Shown here piece by piece: positions 33,961-45,000 of a DNA stretch of 64,000 bases. The position numbers and the translations under genes were made by a program. The notes under the pieces were generated by a model. That model was not told the DNA's origin and ran no database searches. It saw only the letters and a program-made list of their open reading frames with translations. Origin of the DNA: an uncultured delta proteobacterium (lineage in GTDB: Bacteria > Desulfobacterota > Syntrophia > Syntrophales > UBA2185); the NCBI GenBank assembly GCA_963695875.1, contig CAVOID010000003.1, positions 160,001 to 224,000 of the forward strand, given 5' to 3'. The first letter of the stretch is position 1. Each line of letters starts with the position of its first letter.

Positions 33961-35253
33961 ATGAAACCATTGGTATCCCTGGTTCAATATACCGGCAGCC
34001 CTGATGCTCTCAGAGAAACAATCGAGCTTTGCGGTGGATTCGAGAAGCTGGATAAGAAAGCCGGAGTCCTCATTAAACCAAATCTTGTCACGTGGGATGA
34101 CGAGTTTAAGATAGCACCATTTGGCGTGTTTACAACGACGCGTCTCGTGGAGGATCTGGTCATCTTGCTCAAGGATTACGGATGTAATGATATATCCATC
34201 GGCGAGGGATCGGTTGACTTTAAAAAAGGCGTGGGCACCATGGAGGCCTATGCAGGCCTCGGATACAACAGGATAGCAAAAAAGTACGGAATCAAGCTCA
34301 TCGATTTTAATGCCGGCGAATTTAAGATCATCAAGGTGGGGGATGGACTAACATTTCATCTTGCAAGGGAGGCTGTGGAATCAGACTTCCTCATTGACGT
34401 TCCCGTGCTTAAAACCCATGCTCAATCCAAAGTATCCCTGGGACTTAAGAATCTCAAGGGCTGCCTGAAAACCTCTTCAAGAAAACTTTGCCATCAGGCA
34501 AGCCCCGGCCTGGAGCATTGCTTCACATTTGTTGCCGATTATGTGAAGCCTTCCCTGACAATCGTGGATGGCATCTATGCCCTGGAGCGGGGCGCCCTTC
34601 ATTTCGGAAACGCCTTCAGAAAAGACATTATCATTGCTTCCCGCGATATCCTTGCCGCCGATATGGTCGCGGCAAAAACCATAGGCTTCGACCCGCAGGA
34701 CATTATACATTTCGTTGAATATGGCAAACGTCATAATAAATCCTTAAGCCTGAATGATTACGAAATCAAGGGAGCCGTGCTGGAAAATCATGTCAAACCA
34801 CTCAAGTGGGACTGGGGATGGACCAAAGACAACACAGGCCCTTCCGTCTTCGAAAAATTCGGCATCACGGGTACAGCCGTACCCAAATACGATGAAACCC
34901 TCTGCTCCGGATGTTCGCCTTTTGCCAACATGGTAAATATCCTTGTTTTATCGGCATTTCAAGACCAACCCCTTCCCATGGTTGAGATCCTTAACGGCAA
35001 GAAAATGCAGGCGCGACCCGGCTATGATAAAACCGTTCTCATCGGCAATTGTATCATCAAGGCGAATAAGGAGAATGTTAATATCCGGAAAGCAATAAAA
35101 GTGAAGGGATGCCCGCCGGAACCCGGAGAGGTAATTGCAGCATTGAAGGAGGCAGAGCTTCATATCAACGAACTTACGTACTGGGGTTATCTTAGAGAGC
35201 AGGGCGAAAAATACGATAAACAGGACGGGTATTCCTGGGATTTCTATAAATAA
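33961..35253 (+). CDS. DUF362 family Fe-S protein with C-terminal Cys-rich extension
   Basis: VLIKPN, IGEGS, PVLKTH, SLGLKNLKG, IVDGI; later CSGC, GNC, GCPP. Confidence 0.8.
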   Translation: MKPLVSLVQYTGSPDALRETIELCGGFEKLDKKAGVLIKPNLVTWDDEFKIAPFGVFTTTRLVEDLVILLKDYGCNDISIGEGSVDFKKGVGTMEAYAGLGYNRIAKKYGIKLIDFNAGEFKIIKVGDGLTFHLAREAVESDFLIDVPVLKTHAQSKVSLGLKNLKGCLKTSSRKLCHQASPGLEHCFTFVADYVKPSLTIVDGIYALERGALHFGNAFRKDIIIASRDILAADMVAAKTIGFDPQDIIHFVEYGKRHNKSLSLNDYEIKGAVLENHVKPLKWDWGWTKDNTGPSVFEKFGITGTAVPKYDETLCSGCSPFANMVNILVLSAFQDQPLPMVEILNGKKMQARPGYDKTVLIGNCIIKANKENVNIRKAIKVKGCPPEPGEVIAALKEAELHINELTYWGYLREQGEKYDKQDGYSWDFYK

Positions 35254-35339
35254 GATATGTTCAAGCAACTAATCCCTGAAACCGTGGTGTCGTGATAAGC
35301 TGTTTTACTTAGTCGAATTTTTCTGTCAGGGTTCAAAAT

Positions 35340-37052
35340 ATGGATGCAGAATCGTATTTCCTTCCTTTCAAAATTCCCGAGCTCAAATCCCGGAATATGA
35401 GAATAGGCAAAGTAGGCCATCTGCGGCGTTCTTTCTCTGTGGTTCCCGATGATTTTTTCAGAATCTATCAGAACGAAAACCTCCATCTGGAAGTCGAATT
35501 CCAGCAGGAGGAAGCCCGCGCCAGAGTCTTTCTCTACACAAATATTGACTGTCCAAAAGACGAATGGAAGGAGATGGAATTCAAACAGGAAAAGGATAAA
35601 ATCTACAGCCTTACATATAAGGTCAGGCTCTGCGGCAGCTATAAATTCAAATTAAAATATTCTCTTGATGACGGCAAAACCTGGTACTGGGACAGGGTTC
35701 CTTTCAGCCATTTGATAGTGGACCCGGAGTCCTTTAAGGATGTGAGGATGTATACGCTGATACCGTCGGTCTCAGGAACTATCAACGACTGGATGGAGCT
35801 GCTTTCCCACATTGCGGGTCTTGGTTTTAATGCAGTTCATCTTCTTCCCATAACCAGTCTTGATTTTTCTGAAAGCCCTTATTCGGCGTACGATCTTTTT
35901 TCGATCGATAAGGCCTACATCGAGAAAGAAGATTTCTCCGGGTTTGGGGCTTTTGAAAAATTTGTTGAAAAAGCCAGGGAACTGGGGATCAGACTTTGTT
36001 TTGACCTGGCAATTAATCATATTGGGCTCAGAAGCAAGATGGCGCAAATGTGTCCGGAGTGGATAGTGCCGGACAAGGGCGAGAAAGACGGACTGAAGCG
36101 TGCAGGCTGCTGGCATATGAATTCCTGGCTGAAATGGGGTGATCTTGTAAAAATCTATTATGATCATCCCCATCCCGGTATCCGCAGTGACATCTGGGAT
36201 TATATGACAAAATATTCCACGTTCTGGTCCCATTTCGCCTGGCTTACCGGGGGTATGGTCCGTCTTGACAACCTGCATTCAAGTCATGAAGGGTTTATCA
36301 CGCACCTGCTTGAAGAGCTGCGCGGCGCCTACCCGGACCTCATTGTTATGGCGGAGTTCTTTTCAGATTCCAATACTGTTCTGAAAAAAGCGGCAGAGTG
36401 GCAGATCGATCTTTTTCTTGCCAATCAGTGGGAACACCCTTATGCGAATGATCTGCGGAACTACCTGCGATATATACATTATATAGGCCGGAAGATACGA
36501 TTTTACATGCCTGTCACCACGCATGACACAGGCGTACCGGCCCAGCTGTTCGGTAAGGCAGAGGCTGCCTTACCACGCTATGCAGTAACAGCCCTCATGG
36601 GTACAGGACAAACCGGTATCGTCCAGGGAGTTGAATACGGGTATCCGGAAAAGATAGATTTTATCGGCAGGAAACATAAGTATGAATTCCAGGAAAATTT
36701 ATACATCTCTCAGGGCATAAGAAATATCAATAGAGTGCTTTCAGAATCATCAGTATTTCATCAGGATGGTAATTTGGAGTTTATTGACAGCAACCACGGC
36801 GCGGTGCTGGGCGTCTTACGACGTCCGGATAAAGAACCGGATAAAGAAAATGACAAGGGCTATCTGGTCTTTGCCAATCTTGATATTCATAATGGCTATA
36901 CTTTACAGGTCGATCTTTCATCGCTGATAAAGAATACAAAAAAGATAAAGATGGAAGATAGAATAACCGAAGGCCGGTACGAATCGCAGGTTAATGATAT
37001 TAAGATTGACATCGAGCCCTGCGGTGTTAGAATACTTAAGATAGAGGTTTGA
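35340..37052 (+). CDS. GH13 alpha-amylase family enzyme, glycogen-debranching glucanotransferase-like
   Basis: VHLLPI, SPYS, DLAINH, WGDLVKI, RLDNLHS (nucleophile), AEFF (acid/base), THD. Confidence 0.8.
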   Translation: MDAESYFLPFKIPELKSRNMRIGKVGHLRRSFSVVPDDFFRIYQNENLHLEVEFQQEEARARVFLYTNIDCPKDEWKEMEFKQEKDKIYSLTYKVRLCGSYKFKLKYSLDDGKTWYWDRVPFSHLIVDPESFKDVRMYTLIPSVSGTINDWMELLSHIAGLGFNAVHLLPITSLDFSESPYSAYDLFSIDKAYIEKEDFSGFGAFEKFVEKARELGIRLCFDLAINHIGLRSKMAQMCPEWIVPDKGEKDGLKRAGCWHMNSWLKWGDLVKIYYDHPHPGIRSDIWDYMTKYSTFWSHFAWLTGGMVRLDNLHSSHEGFITHLLEELRGAYPDLIVMAEFFSDSNTVLKKAAEWQIDLFLANQWEHPYANDLRNYLRYIHYIGRKIRFYMPVTTHDTGVPAQLFGKAEAALPRYAVTALMGTGQTGIVQGVEYGYPEKIDFIGRKHKYEFQENLYISQGIRNINRVLSESSVFHQDGNLEFIDSNHGAVLGVLRRPDKEPDKENDKGYLVFANLDIHNGYTLQVDLSSLIKNTKKIKMEDRITEGRYESQVNDIKIDIEPCGVRILKIEV

Positions 37053-37140
37053 CAGAATAAACTTGAGCGTCTTCTGATGATGCATAGAAGTGGCCCGCTC
37101 ATCACAATGCGAAACAAGAAAAAAATGAGGGGAAAAGAAA

Positions 37141-37326
37141 ATGGATTTAGGAGATTTAGTCGTAATCGATCATCCCAAACATCCATTTAATGGCTGCGTG
37201 GGCAAAGTTGTGGGAAAGCGGGGATACAGGAAACCGGATGATCTCTGGATGCTTATATATGTTGCATCAAAAATGAGGGACTATCTTGTTCCCCAATCGA
37301 TGTTGCGTCTGGAAAAGAAGGATTAG
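37141..37326 (+). CDS. Small KOW/SH3-like hypothetical protein
   Basis: GDLVVI....PFNGCVGKVV resembles a KOW motif. Confidence 0.5.
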   Translation: MDLGDLVVIDHPKHPFNGCVGKVVGKRGYRKPDDLWMLIYVASKMRDYLVPQSMLRLEKKD

Positions 37327-37328
37327 GG

Positions 37329-37562
37329 TCAGACCCTCCCCCTGGCAGTGCGCCTTTTCTTTTCCACAAGCTCTTCCTCGATGGGCACTGCTTTCTGAAA
37401 TTCCTCGGCTTCATCCAGCGGTTCCTCGTTTTCATAATCGCCGAGTTCCCAGATCATTTCATCGAGGTCCCTATCGTACGCTTTATCCCTCCCGCTTTCA
37501 AATTCCTTAATCTTTTCATCAAGGAGTTTATCCAGCGGTTTTACTTTTTCTTCATAGGCCAT
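37329..37562 (-). CDS. Small acidic hypothetical protein
   Basis: 77 aa, E/D-rich; AAGGAG RBS upstream. Confidence 0.6.
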   Translation of the reverse strand: MAYEEKVKPLDKLLDEKIKEFESGRDKAYDRDLDEMIWELGDYENEEPLDEAEEFQKAVPIEEELVEKKRRTARGRV

Positions 37563-37989
37563 TTTATTTCTCCTTGGTTTTTTTTGAATTACTAGTTTAG
37601 CTTATGTCAGGTGTTCGGGTTGATCCATCATGGGATTCATGATTTTCACTTTCTAAAAACCTGAATTTGGGATCGGGAAATGGATGATCAGGCCCTTTCG
37701 TAGGTCACACACAATATATACAAGCGGATGTATATCAGCAGCCCCTCTCTTGTATTAATCAAGCCGAGAAAACATATTATGTAGTTAGTAATTTGTGTTG
37801 TTTTCTTAATTAGAGAGAACGGAAATAAATGGATAGCTTTAAATTTCATTTGGAACAGATCCACACAAAATGTTGTTAGACCTGTTGTAATTTGCTATCA
37901 GTTTCATAGTTATGACGATAGGCTTTCTTTGAATGGCAAATTACAATTAATTGTAGTATTAGGAGCTCAATACTATAAGGAGACCGGCG

Positions 37990-39448
37990 CTGAAACTTAC
38001 AATCTTTAACAGGCTGATCATCAGTTCTCTTTTGATAATTCTTCTGGTTGGTATCAGTGGTGTATATACCATCATGAACCTGAATGATCTTAATCAGCTT
38101 ATCGAGTCCATAATCAAGAATGATTCACGTATAATAAAGCTGACCGAAGAGGCTATGGATGATCTATATAGCCTGACAGCAGCGGAAGACAAGTATCTTA
38201 TATCCAGGGATACTGACTATTACCAGCAGTTCAAGAATACAAGAAGCGACTTCATTAAAAGAGTTGATGAGTTGGAAAAGATAGCGGATACCGGGGTCAA
38301 GATTGGTTTATTGGCGGACATCAAAAAATTCCAGGGTCTCTACGATGTGTTGATTGATGAACGGGAGTCGTTGACAGCTGACAAAAAGTTACAGGAAAAA
38401 AATAGCCAGACCTATGTGATAGACAGGGAGCTGATCACCCGTGAAATTGACCAGAAACTGCGAAATCTTGTTAGAGTTTCAACTGAGGATAGGAATACAA
38501 AATTACAGCGATCAAAGGACATGTCGACACAAATTGCAAATATTATCACCATATCGGAATTTCTTGCAGTCATTCTTGTCATTATTATAACTTTTATAAA
38601 TACGCGGAAGATCAATCTACCCATAAAGCTATTGAGCGAACGGGCAAATGAGGTGGCCGGCGGCAAATTTGGTGATCCACTAAAGATTTCTTCTCCGCCG
38701 GAGATCAAGGAATTGGCGGATACTTTCAACATGATGTGTGAACGGCTCAAGGAACTTGGACCAGATGAAAATTGATTATATCAGTCATCTGTCTCATGAA
38801 TTACGAACTCCTTTAACGGTGATCAAAGAAGCGTCAAGTATGCTTCAGGAAGGTGTTTTCTCAAAGGCCCCTGAAAAACAGGAAGATTTGTTCGTATTGA
38901 TCAAAGCAGAGTGTGAACGGTTAATATTATCTGTTAACCGGATACTTGACTTTTCGCGAATGGAAGCGGGGAAAATGTTTTTTTCCTTTCAAAAAGCGAG
39001 CCTTCGTCCTATTATAGAAAAAAATATTTTGAAGTTGTCGCCTCTTACTCAGAAAAAGAAAATGGATATTACCCTTGAAATTCCAGAGGACATTCCTTCT
39101 CTGCGAATGGACAGGGAAAGGATTGAAGAAGTCTTTGAAAATTTGTTAAGCAATGCTTTGAAGTTTACTCTGGAAGGGGGAAAGATCACTGTTTCTGTCA
39201 AGAATAACAGTGAGAATAACAACGTAGAAATATCTGTATCGGACAATGGTCGCGGCATTCCCGAAGACGGATTGATGCAGGTTTTTGATAAATTCAAGCG
39301 TGTCGATGACAAAAGAGGAGCCATAAGGGGAACCGGCATGGGACTCGCGATCGTAAGACATATCATAAATGCACATGGAGGGCATATATGGGTAAGAAGC
39401 AAAGTGGGCGAAGGAAGCACCTTTACTTTTTCTTTGCCTGCATTATAG
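37990..39448 (+). CDS. HAMP sensor histidine kinase (GlrK/QseE-like); frameshift near 38760
   Basis: 2 TMs, HAMP, SHELRTPL, NLLSNALKF, DNGRG, GTGMGL. Probable CTG start after AAGGAG. Confidence 0.9.
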
Positions 39449-39892
39449 TAATATCGATTCTAATTTGCGGTTGCACTCACTTTTATCAGGCAGCTTTGAC
39501 CAAGCCTGATTTCAAAGAGGCGAATGATTTGATGAAACGGGGAAACTACAAAGCATCTCTGGGCAAGTACGAGCAAATAATTGTACAGATACCCTGAGGA
39601 AGGCGACAGGGTCCTTTTCGAGATGGGCGTAATTTATGCGTTTCCAAGGAATCAGCAGAAAGATTATCAGAAATCTTTGGAATGCTTTCAGAAAATCATA
39701 AAGGATTACCCGGAGAGCAAGTACAGACAAGGCAGCAATGTAATGATTTTTCTTATTAATGAGGTAACAAGGCAAAGAAAACAGATTGATAAGCTCGAAC
39801 GGCAGGTGGAGGAGTTTGAAAAGAAAATAGAACAGATGAAAGAAGTCGATATGAATTTAAAAGAAAAGAAAAAATCAGTTCCTGAGAGATAA
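39388..39892 (+). CDS. TPR/coiled-coil lipoprotein (QseG/YfhG-like position); frameshift near 39575
   Basis: Lipobox ICG-C, TPR-like helices, C-terminal coiled coil ending KEVDMNL; lies between kinase and regulator. Confidence 0.7.
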
Positions 39893-41263
39893 TGGGGTCA
39901 GTGATGGACAGACTATTGATCGTTGATGACGATTTGAATGTTTTAAAAGTGCTCAAGATGAGGCTCGAGTCAGAGGGATATCAGATTGAAACCGCATCAG
40001 AAATAGAAACAGCAAAAGACTTGGTGGCTAAGAATGAATATGAACTTGCCGTGCTTGATCTGAAGTTTTCCGGTGGCAGCGGTATAGATCTGATGAAGAG
40101 TATCCGTGAAGTCGATCCTGATCTTCCGGTCATTATCCTGACGGCATACGGGACCATTGAAAGTGCAGTCGAAGCAATGAAAGAGGGCGCATATATTTAT
40201 CTGACGAAGCCCTTTAACAATCGCGAACTTCTTTTGCAGATCAGGAATGGCATTGAAAAATCAAAACTTTCAAGGGAGGTAAAGAAACTAAGGAGTATTG
40301 TAAGGCAAAATATTAATACTCAGAATATCATTGGTCAGAGTGAAGCGATGAAGAAGGTCCTTGATTTGACGTTTCTTGCAGCGGAGTCCAACTCGAATGT
40401 GTTCATCAGTGGCGAGAGCGGAACAGGAAAAGGGATCATCGCAAGGGCTTTACATCAACTGAGTGACAGGAAGGACAAGCCTTTCGTTTCACTCAACTGT
40501 GCAGCAATTCCTGCGACCCTGCTTGAAAGCGAACTTTTTGGTTTTGAAAAAGGTGCCTTCACAGGGGCTACGGCGAATAAAAAGGGTCTTTTTGTACAGG
40601 CCGATGGCGGGATAATCTTCCTCGATGAAATATCCGAGATCCCTCTTGCCATGCAGGGAAAACTCCTCAAGGCCCTTGAAGATAGAGAATTTTATCCACT
40701 GGGGGCACAGAAGACCGTCAAAGTTGATATACGGATTATATCAGCCTCCAACAAGGATATTGAGATAGAAGTTGAACAAGGAAATTTCCGCAGTGACCTC
40801 TTTTACCGTATACATGTAATTCCTATCAGGATGCCGCCTCTAAGGGATCGAAAAGAAGATATCCCTCTTCTGGTAGAACACTTTTTAGAAAAGTATGCCG
40901 TTAAGATGAATAAAAGTATCAAGAGTATCGCACCGCAAGCCCTTCAGAGGATCATGCTTTATTCCTGGCCCGGCAATGTTCGGGAATTGGAGAACATCAT
41001 TGAATGCGCCGCTGTAATGGTAAGGGATGATGTGATCACGGAAGATATGATAGTCCTTACCACCCAGAAGATGGATGAAAGCGCCTTCCGGTCATTCAAA
41101 GAATCCAAACAGGATTTTGAGCGAAGCTACCTCATAGAATTGATGAAGATCAGCAGAGGCAATGTCAGCCAGGCTGCCAAAATAGCAGGTAAGTACCGTG
41201 CTGATCTTATATGCTTTACTGGAGAAATACAACCTTAGTCCATTGGAGTTTCGACAGGACTGA
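39892..41263 (+). CDS. sigma54-dependent response regulator (GlrR/QseF-like); late frameshift near 41210
   Basis: REC domain, GESGTGK, ESELFG, GAFTGA, FLDEI, WPGNVREL, HTH FERSYL...GNVSQAAKIAG. Confidence 0.92.
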
Positions 41264-41435
41264 AGGAAAAATCCTCCATGTAACGACTGCAACAATTTAA
41301 ATATATTCGCTTGTTTTGAATTTTTTTGATTGTAGGATAATCCATACAATTTTCTGTTCCACACCGGCCCATTTTCAGGGCAAAAATAATAATAATCCAT
41401 TTAATAACAATAAGTTAGAGGCCATAAGCCCTTTC

Positions 41436-41451
41436 TGGTATGCCTTTTGCT
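41436..41451 (+). promoter_or_regulatory. sigma54 -24/-12 promoter
   Basis: TGGTATGCCTTTTGCT (GG-N10-GC). IHF-like TAACAATAAGTTA near 41405; inverted repeat ATTGTA-N10-TACAAT at 41329-41350. Confidence 0.75.
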
Positions 41452-41538
41452 ACATAAAGAATACGCTGATTCTGAAACCCAAATTAAAAAGTAACCTTTT
41501 ATTTGAAATGGATTTGCTCAGATTAAAGGAGCAGTAAG

Positions 41539-41721
41539 ATGGTTTACATAATCACTAGTATAATCATTTATTTAATCCTGGTTTTATTCTTCTGGTCTCT
41601 ATGTGCCATTAAAAATAGAAGTTCCCTCGAAACAAGTGAAAGTGTGTTAAAAAGCGAAGAAACTGAAATTTCATTTGATGAGGTTTTGGCAAGAACTTGC
41701 TCTTCCGCTGATGGAGTGTAG
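41539..41721 (+). CDS. Small single-TM hypothetical protein
   Basis: AAGGAG RBS; hydrophobic N-terminal 24 aa and acidic tail; downstream of the sigma54 promoter. Confidence 0.6.
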   Translation: MVYIITSIIIYLILVLFFWSLCAIKNRSSLETSESVLKSEETEISFDEVLARTCSSADGV

Positions 41722-41891
41722 GAAGAGCCCTTCAGTCCCTTTTCTTTCTGATTTTTTCTTATGAGAAATCAATTCGCCATATAAATAAACCTGCCATTCT
41801 GTTTATCAAAAAACTAAAATATAAATATTCCAGATAAATGCATAAAGCAGCCGTCGCCCATTACCCCTGGAGTCGTACAACCGTTTTCCCA

Positions 41892-41976
41892 TTGACACCC
41901 CACCCCTTTTTCTTTATGCTTCCCCGCGACCGAATTCCCATGCAGGATTGACATCTCTGCCAATGATGCATAATTT
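41892..41976 (+). promoter_or_regulatory. Two tandem sigma70-like promoters upstream of the 1802-aa gene
   Basis: TTGACA-17-TATGCT (41892-41920) and TTGACA-17-TAATTT (41948-41976). Confidence 0.55.
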
Positions 41977-42035
41977 TCTTAAGACAGAGACTTAGACTGA
42001 TATGGGAGAAATGTGAAGAGAGTTTATTCTTTGAT

Positions 42036-45000
42036 ATGCGGTACACGATAGAAACAAAAGACGAAGATTTGCGGGCGAAGTGCATAGAAGAACTGGCACG
42101 CAAAAGAGGATTAGATGAGATAGAGGCGCTTGCAATCGACGATCGCCTGCTTACACTCATAAAGATCATCTCCACAGGATTAGGAGAAGATGTAAACCTG
42201 AATATCGTGCCCGGTGACAGGTGGAAATACAATGCAGAGACTAACGAAATAATATTTCCCGTCGAATTGCTCTTGACCTCTTCCCCGGAAGAAATTATCG
42301 GATTTTCCGCTCATGAAGCTGGCCACAGGCAGATATCCCGCCATAATTTGAGAAAAGCGGCGTTTAAACGCTTCTTCTCCAAAGAATATTTGCGTCTTCT
42401 CTTGAATGCCTTTGAAGACAGCCGTGTAGATAACTGGCTGATTAGTTTCTACAAGGGGATAAAACACTACCTCGACATAACCTATGATGATTTGCTTCCC
42501 CGGAATTTAAACACATCAACGTATGTAAATCACCTGCGGGGCGAAATAGCCGAAAGAGCGAACACGACCTGTCATCCCTTTCTCTTGTATCCCAATTTAG
42601 AATACCTGCTGGGCATGCGGTATTACTGGAGGTATGGTCGTCTGCCATCCCAGGTAATGAATCCTGAAGTGAACGTCGCATTGAAGCGGACGCATGGGGA
42701 TTTTGATGAGATTTTCAATCATTATCCTGCCGGGCGCGTATCGGAACTGGAAAGAATGCAGTTTGCTGAAGAAGCCGCGATCCTTGTCAGGGACAAAATT
42801 CTTCCCGAGTATGAAAATTTAGTCAGGATGACAATCGAAAAATTAGTTGATGAAATAAAAAATAATCAGATCCAGATTAAACAAAAGAAGTGCGCCCAGG
42901 AAGATTTAAGCCCCAGTGAGTTGGAGGAAGAGGCCAGAAAGCTCTTGGAACTGAACGCAAAGGAACTGGCGAATAGGTTCTCCCCGAAGACAGAAAAACA
43001 GATTACAAGGAAGCTTGATAATTACAGGAAGGGCGCTTCTGAAGAAAAAGAGACACTTGTAGAAGGGGGAGAATCTCAGGAGGAAAGAAAATTAGAGTCC
43101 TTGCCTGCAGAAACACTTCGGGACCTCATCAAAAAGCAGCGGATCATTAACCGGGAGCAAGACGCGAAGATAAGCGAATATGAGAGGGTCTATAAGCTCA
43201 TCTCTAATTTAGTCCAGGCATTAAGCGGGGTCCTTGAGAATCACTTCTCGAAAAATAAAAGGCCTGCATTTAAAGGCTATTTCCCCTCGGGTCAGAAACC
43301 GGATCTAAAAAGGGCCATGGAGCTTTCCAGAAAATTGAGCGAGGGTATTCCCGTTCAGGAAAAGGATTTAAAGGTATTTTTGAAGAGGAGGCTTCCCACA
43401 CAGAGGGATCACAAGATAGTCCTGGCTCTGGATGAATCCGCCTCTATGGAAGAACCCAAGAGAACATCAGCTTTAGCAGGGCTTTTAGTCTTTATGGAGG
43501 CGCTGGATCATATCGGCATCGATTATGCGGTAATCGGATTTTCCGATAGCCCTGTCATGCATAAAGACTTTGGCAGAAAGCTGACTCCTCCTGACAGAAG
43601 ATTGTTATTTGAAGAAGTGTCGATGTACATACCTGGAGGTTCAACCGCTGATGCGGATACCCTTCAGTTAGCGACGAATATATTGAAAGATCAACCGGAG
43701 GATTCATCACGATGGATCATTATGGTGACTGATGGAGAGGGAAACGTGAATACAACAGGAAAGACATTTTTTGAGCTTCAGAAAGAAGCATTGGATCAAA
43801 AGATAGAGGTACTGGGAGTGGGTTTAGGCGAAGAAGTAACCGAGGTTATTAAACGTTACAAAAGCGGCATACAGATAGACGACGTGGAAAAACTGCCCTC
43901 TGTCGTTTCCGATATATTGGAGGAAAAACTGGTTACTCAAGATGTATTATGGGAAAATTTCTTAACTCCACAGCATGGGGGAAAGAGTGCTGAAGCGATG
44001 ACATCACCATCTCTCCCCCAGGATTTGTCCGAACTCCTGGCAAGCATCTACCTCCATCAAAAACAGCATATCCCAACCTTCAATGTGAGACACTTGAAGA
44101 GAGCTTCAGAGCTGTTGGGTTTCTTATTGAGCAGGGGTTATCCGACGAAAGAGGGATTCGGAAGGAGTCTGAAATATGCCTTTATAGACACCCAGGAGCA
44201 ACCGCAAAGGGTAAGAAATCTTCTTCTGGGAGAACTTACGGATATACAGAGGATATTATCTGACTTTACTCCTCAGGATGTGCCTCAAGACTTGCTACGC
44301 GCATCTTCTCACGCAGAGGTTCCCGTGGCCTCAATCCCTCATGACCTGGCACCATTGCTGGATATTATAATGAAGAACAACTCACATCCTCACATCGAGC
44401 AAGCCCTCTCGTTATTGAAGGAACTAATCAGCTCCTCTGATCTTGCATTTGTGTGTATCCCCGGATTGGAGGCCTGTTTCCGGGTCATTCAGGATGAATT
44501 GATAAAAGAGATAACCATAGAGGAATTGGAGAAAAAATTAGAGGATAAAAGCTGGGCTGTCCGCCAGCCCGCGGCCTTAGCCCTGGGTCGGGTTTACCTG
44601 GCACTGATCAAACAGGGGAAAGACGCGGAATTGAGTACTTTGGAAAAAGGATTGAATGATGAAGATCCGACTGTCTGCCGGGCCGCGGCCCAGGCCTTAA
44701 GCCGGATATGGTATCATGACTATCGCAAGGGAAAAATAACCGTAGCGGAACTGGAGCATAGACTGGAAGATACAAACTGGGCAATCCGTCAAACTGCGGT
44801 AAGAACCTTGGGTAAGATCTATCCGGCGCTTGTTAAACAGGGGAATGATATAGACATAAGCAAACTGGAAGAAGGGTTGTGGAATAAAAACTGGTTTGTC
44901 CGCCAGGCCGAGTCTGAAGCCCTGGGCCAAATCTATCCTGCACTCATCAAACAGGGAATAGGGGTGGATTTGAGCAGGCTGGAAGATAAATTAAAGGACA

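Noticed and set aside
37600..37720. TPP riboswitch or 6S RNA
   Set aside because: The CTGAGA core is missing for TPP; length and gene context do not fit 6S.
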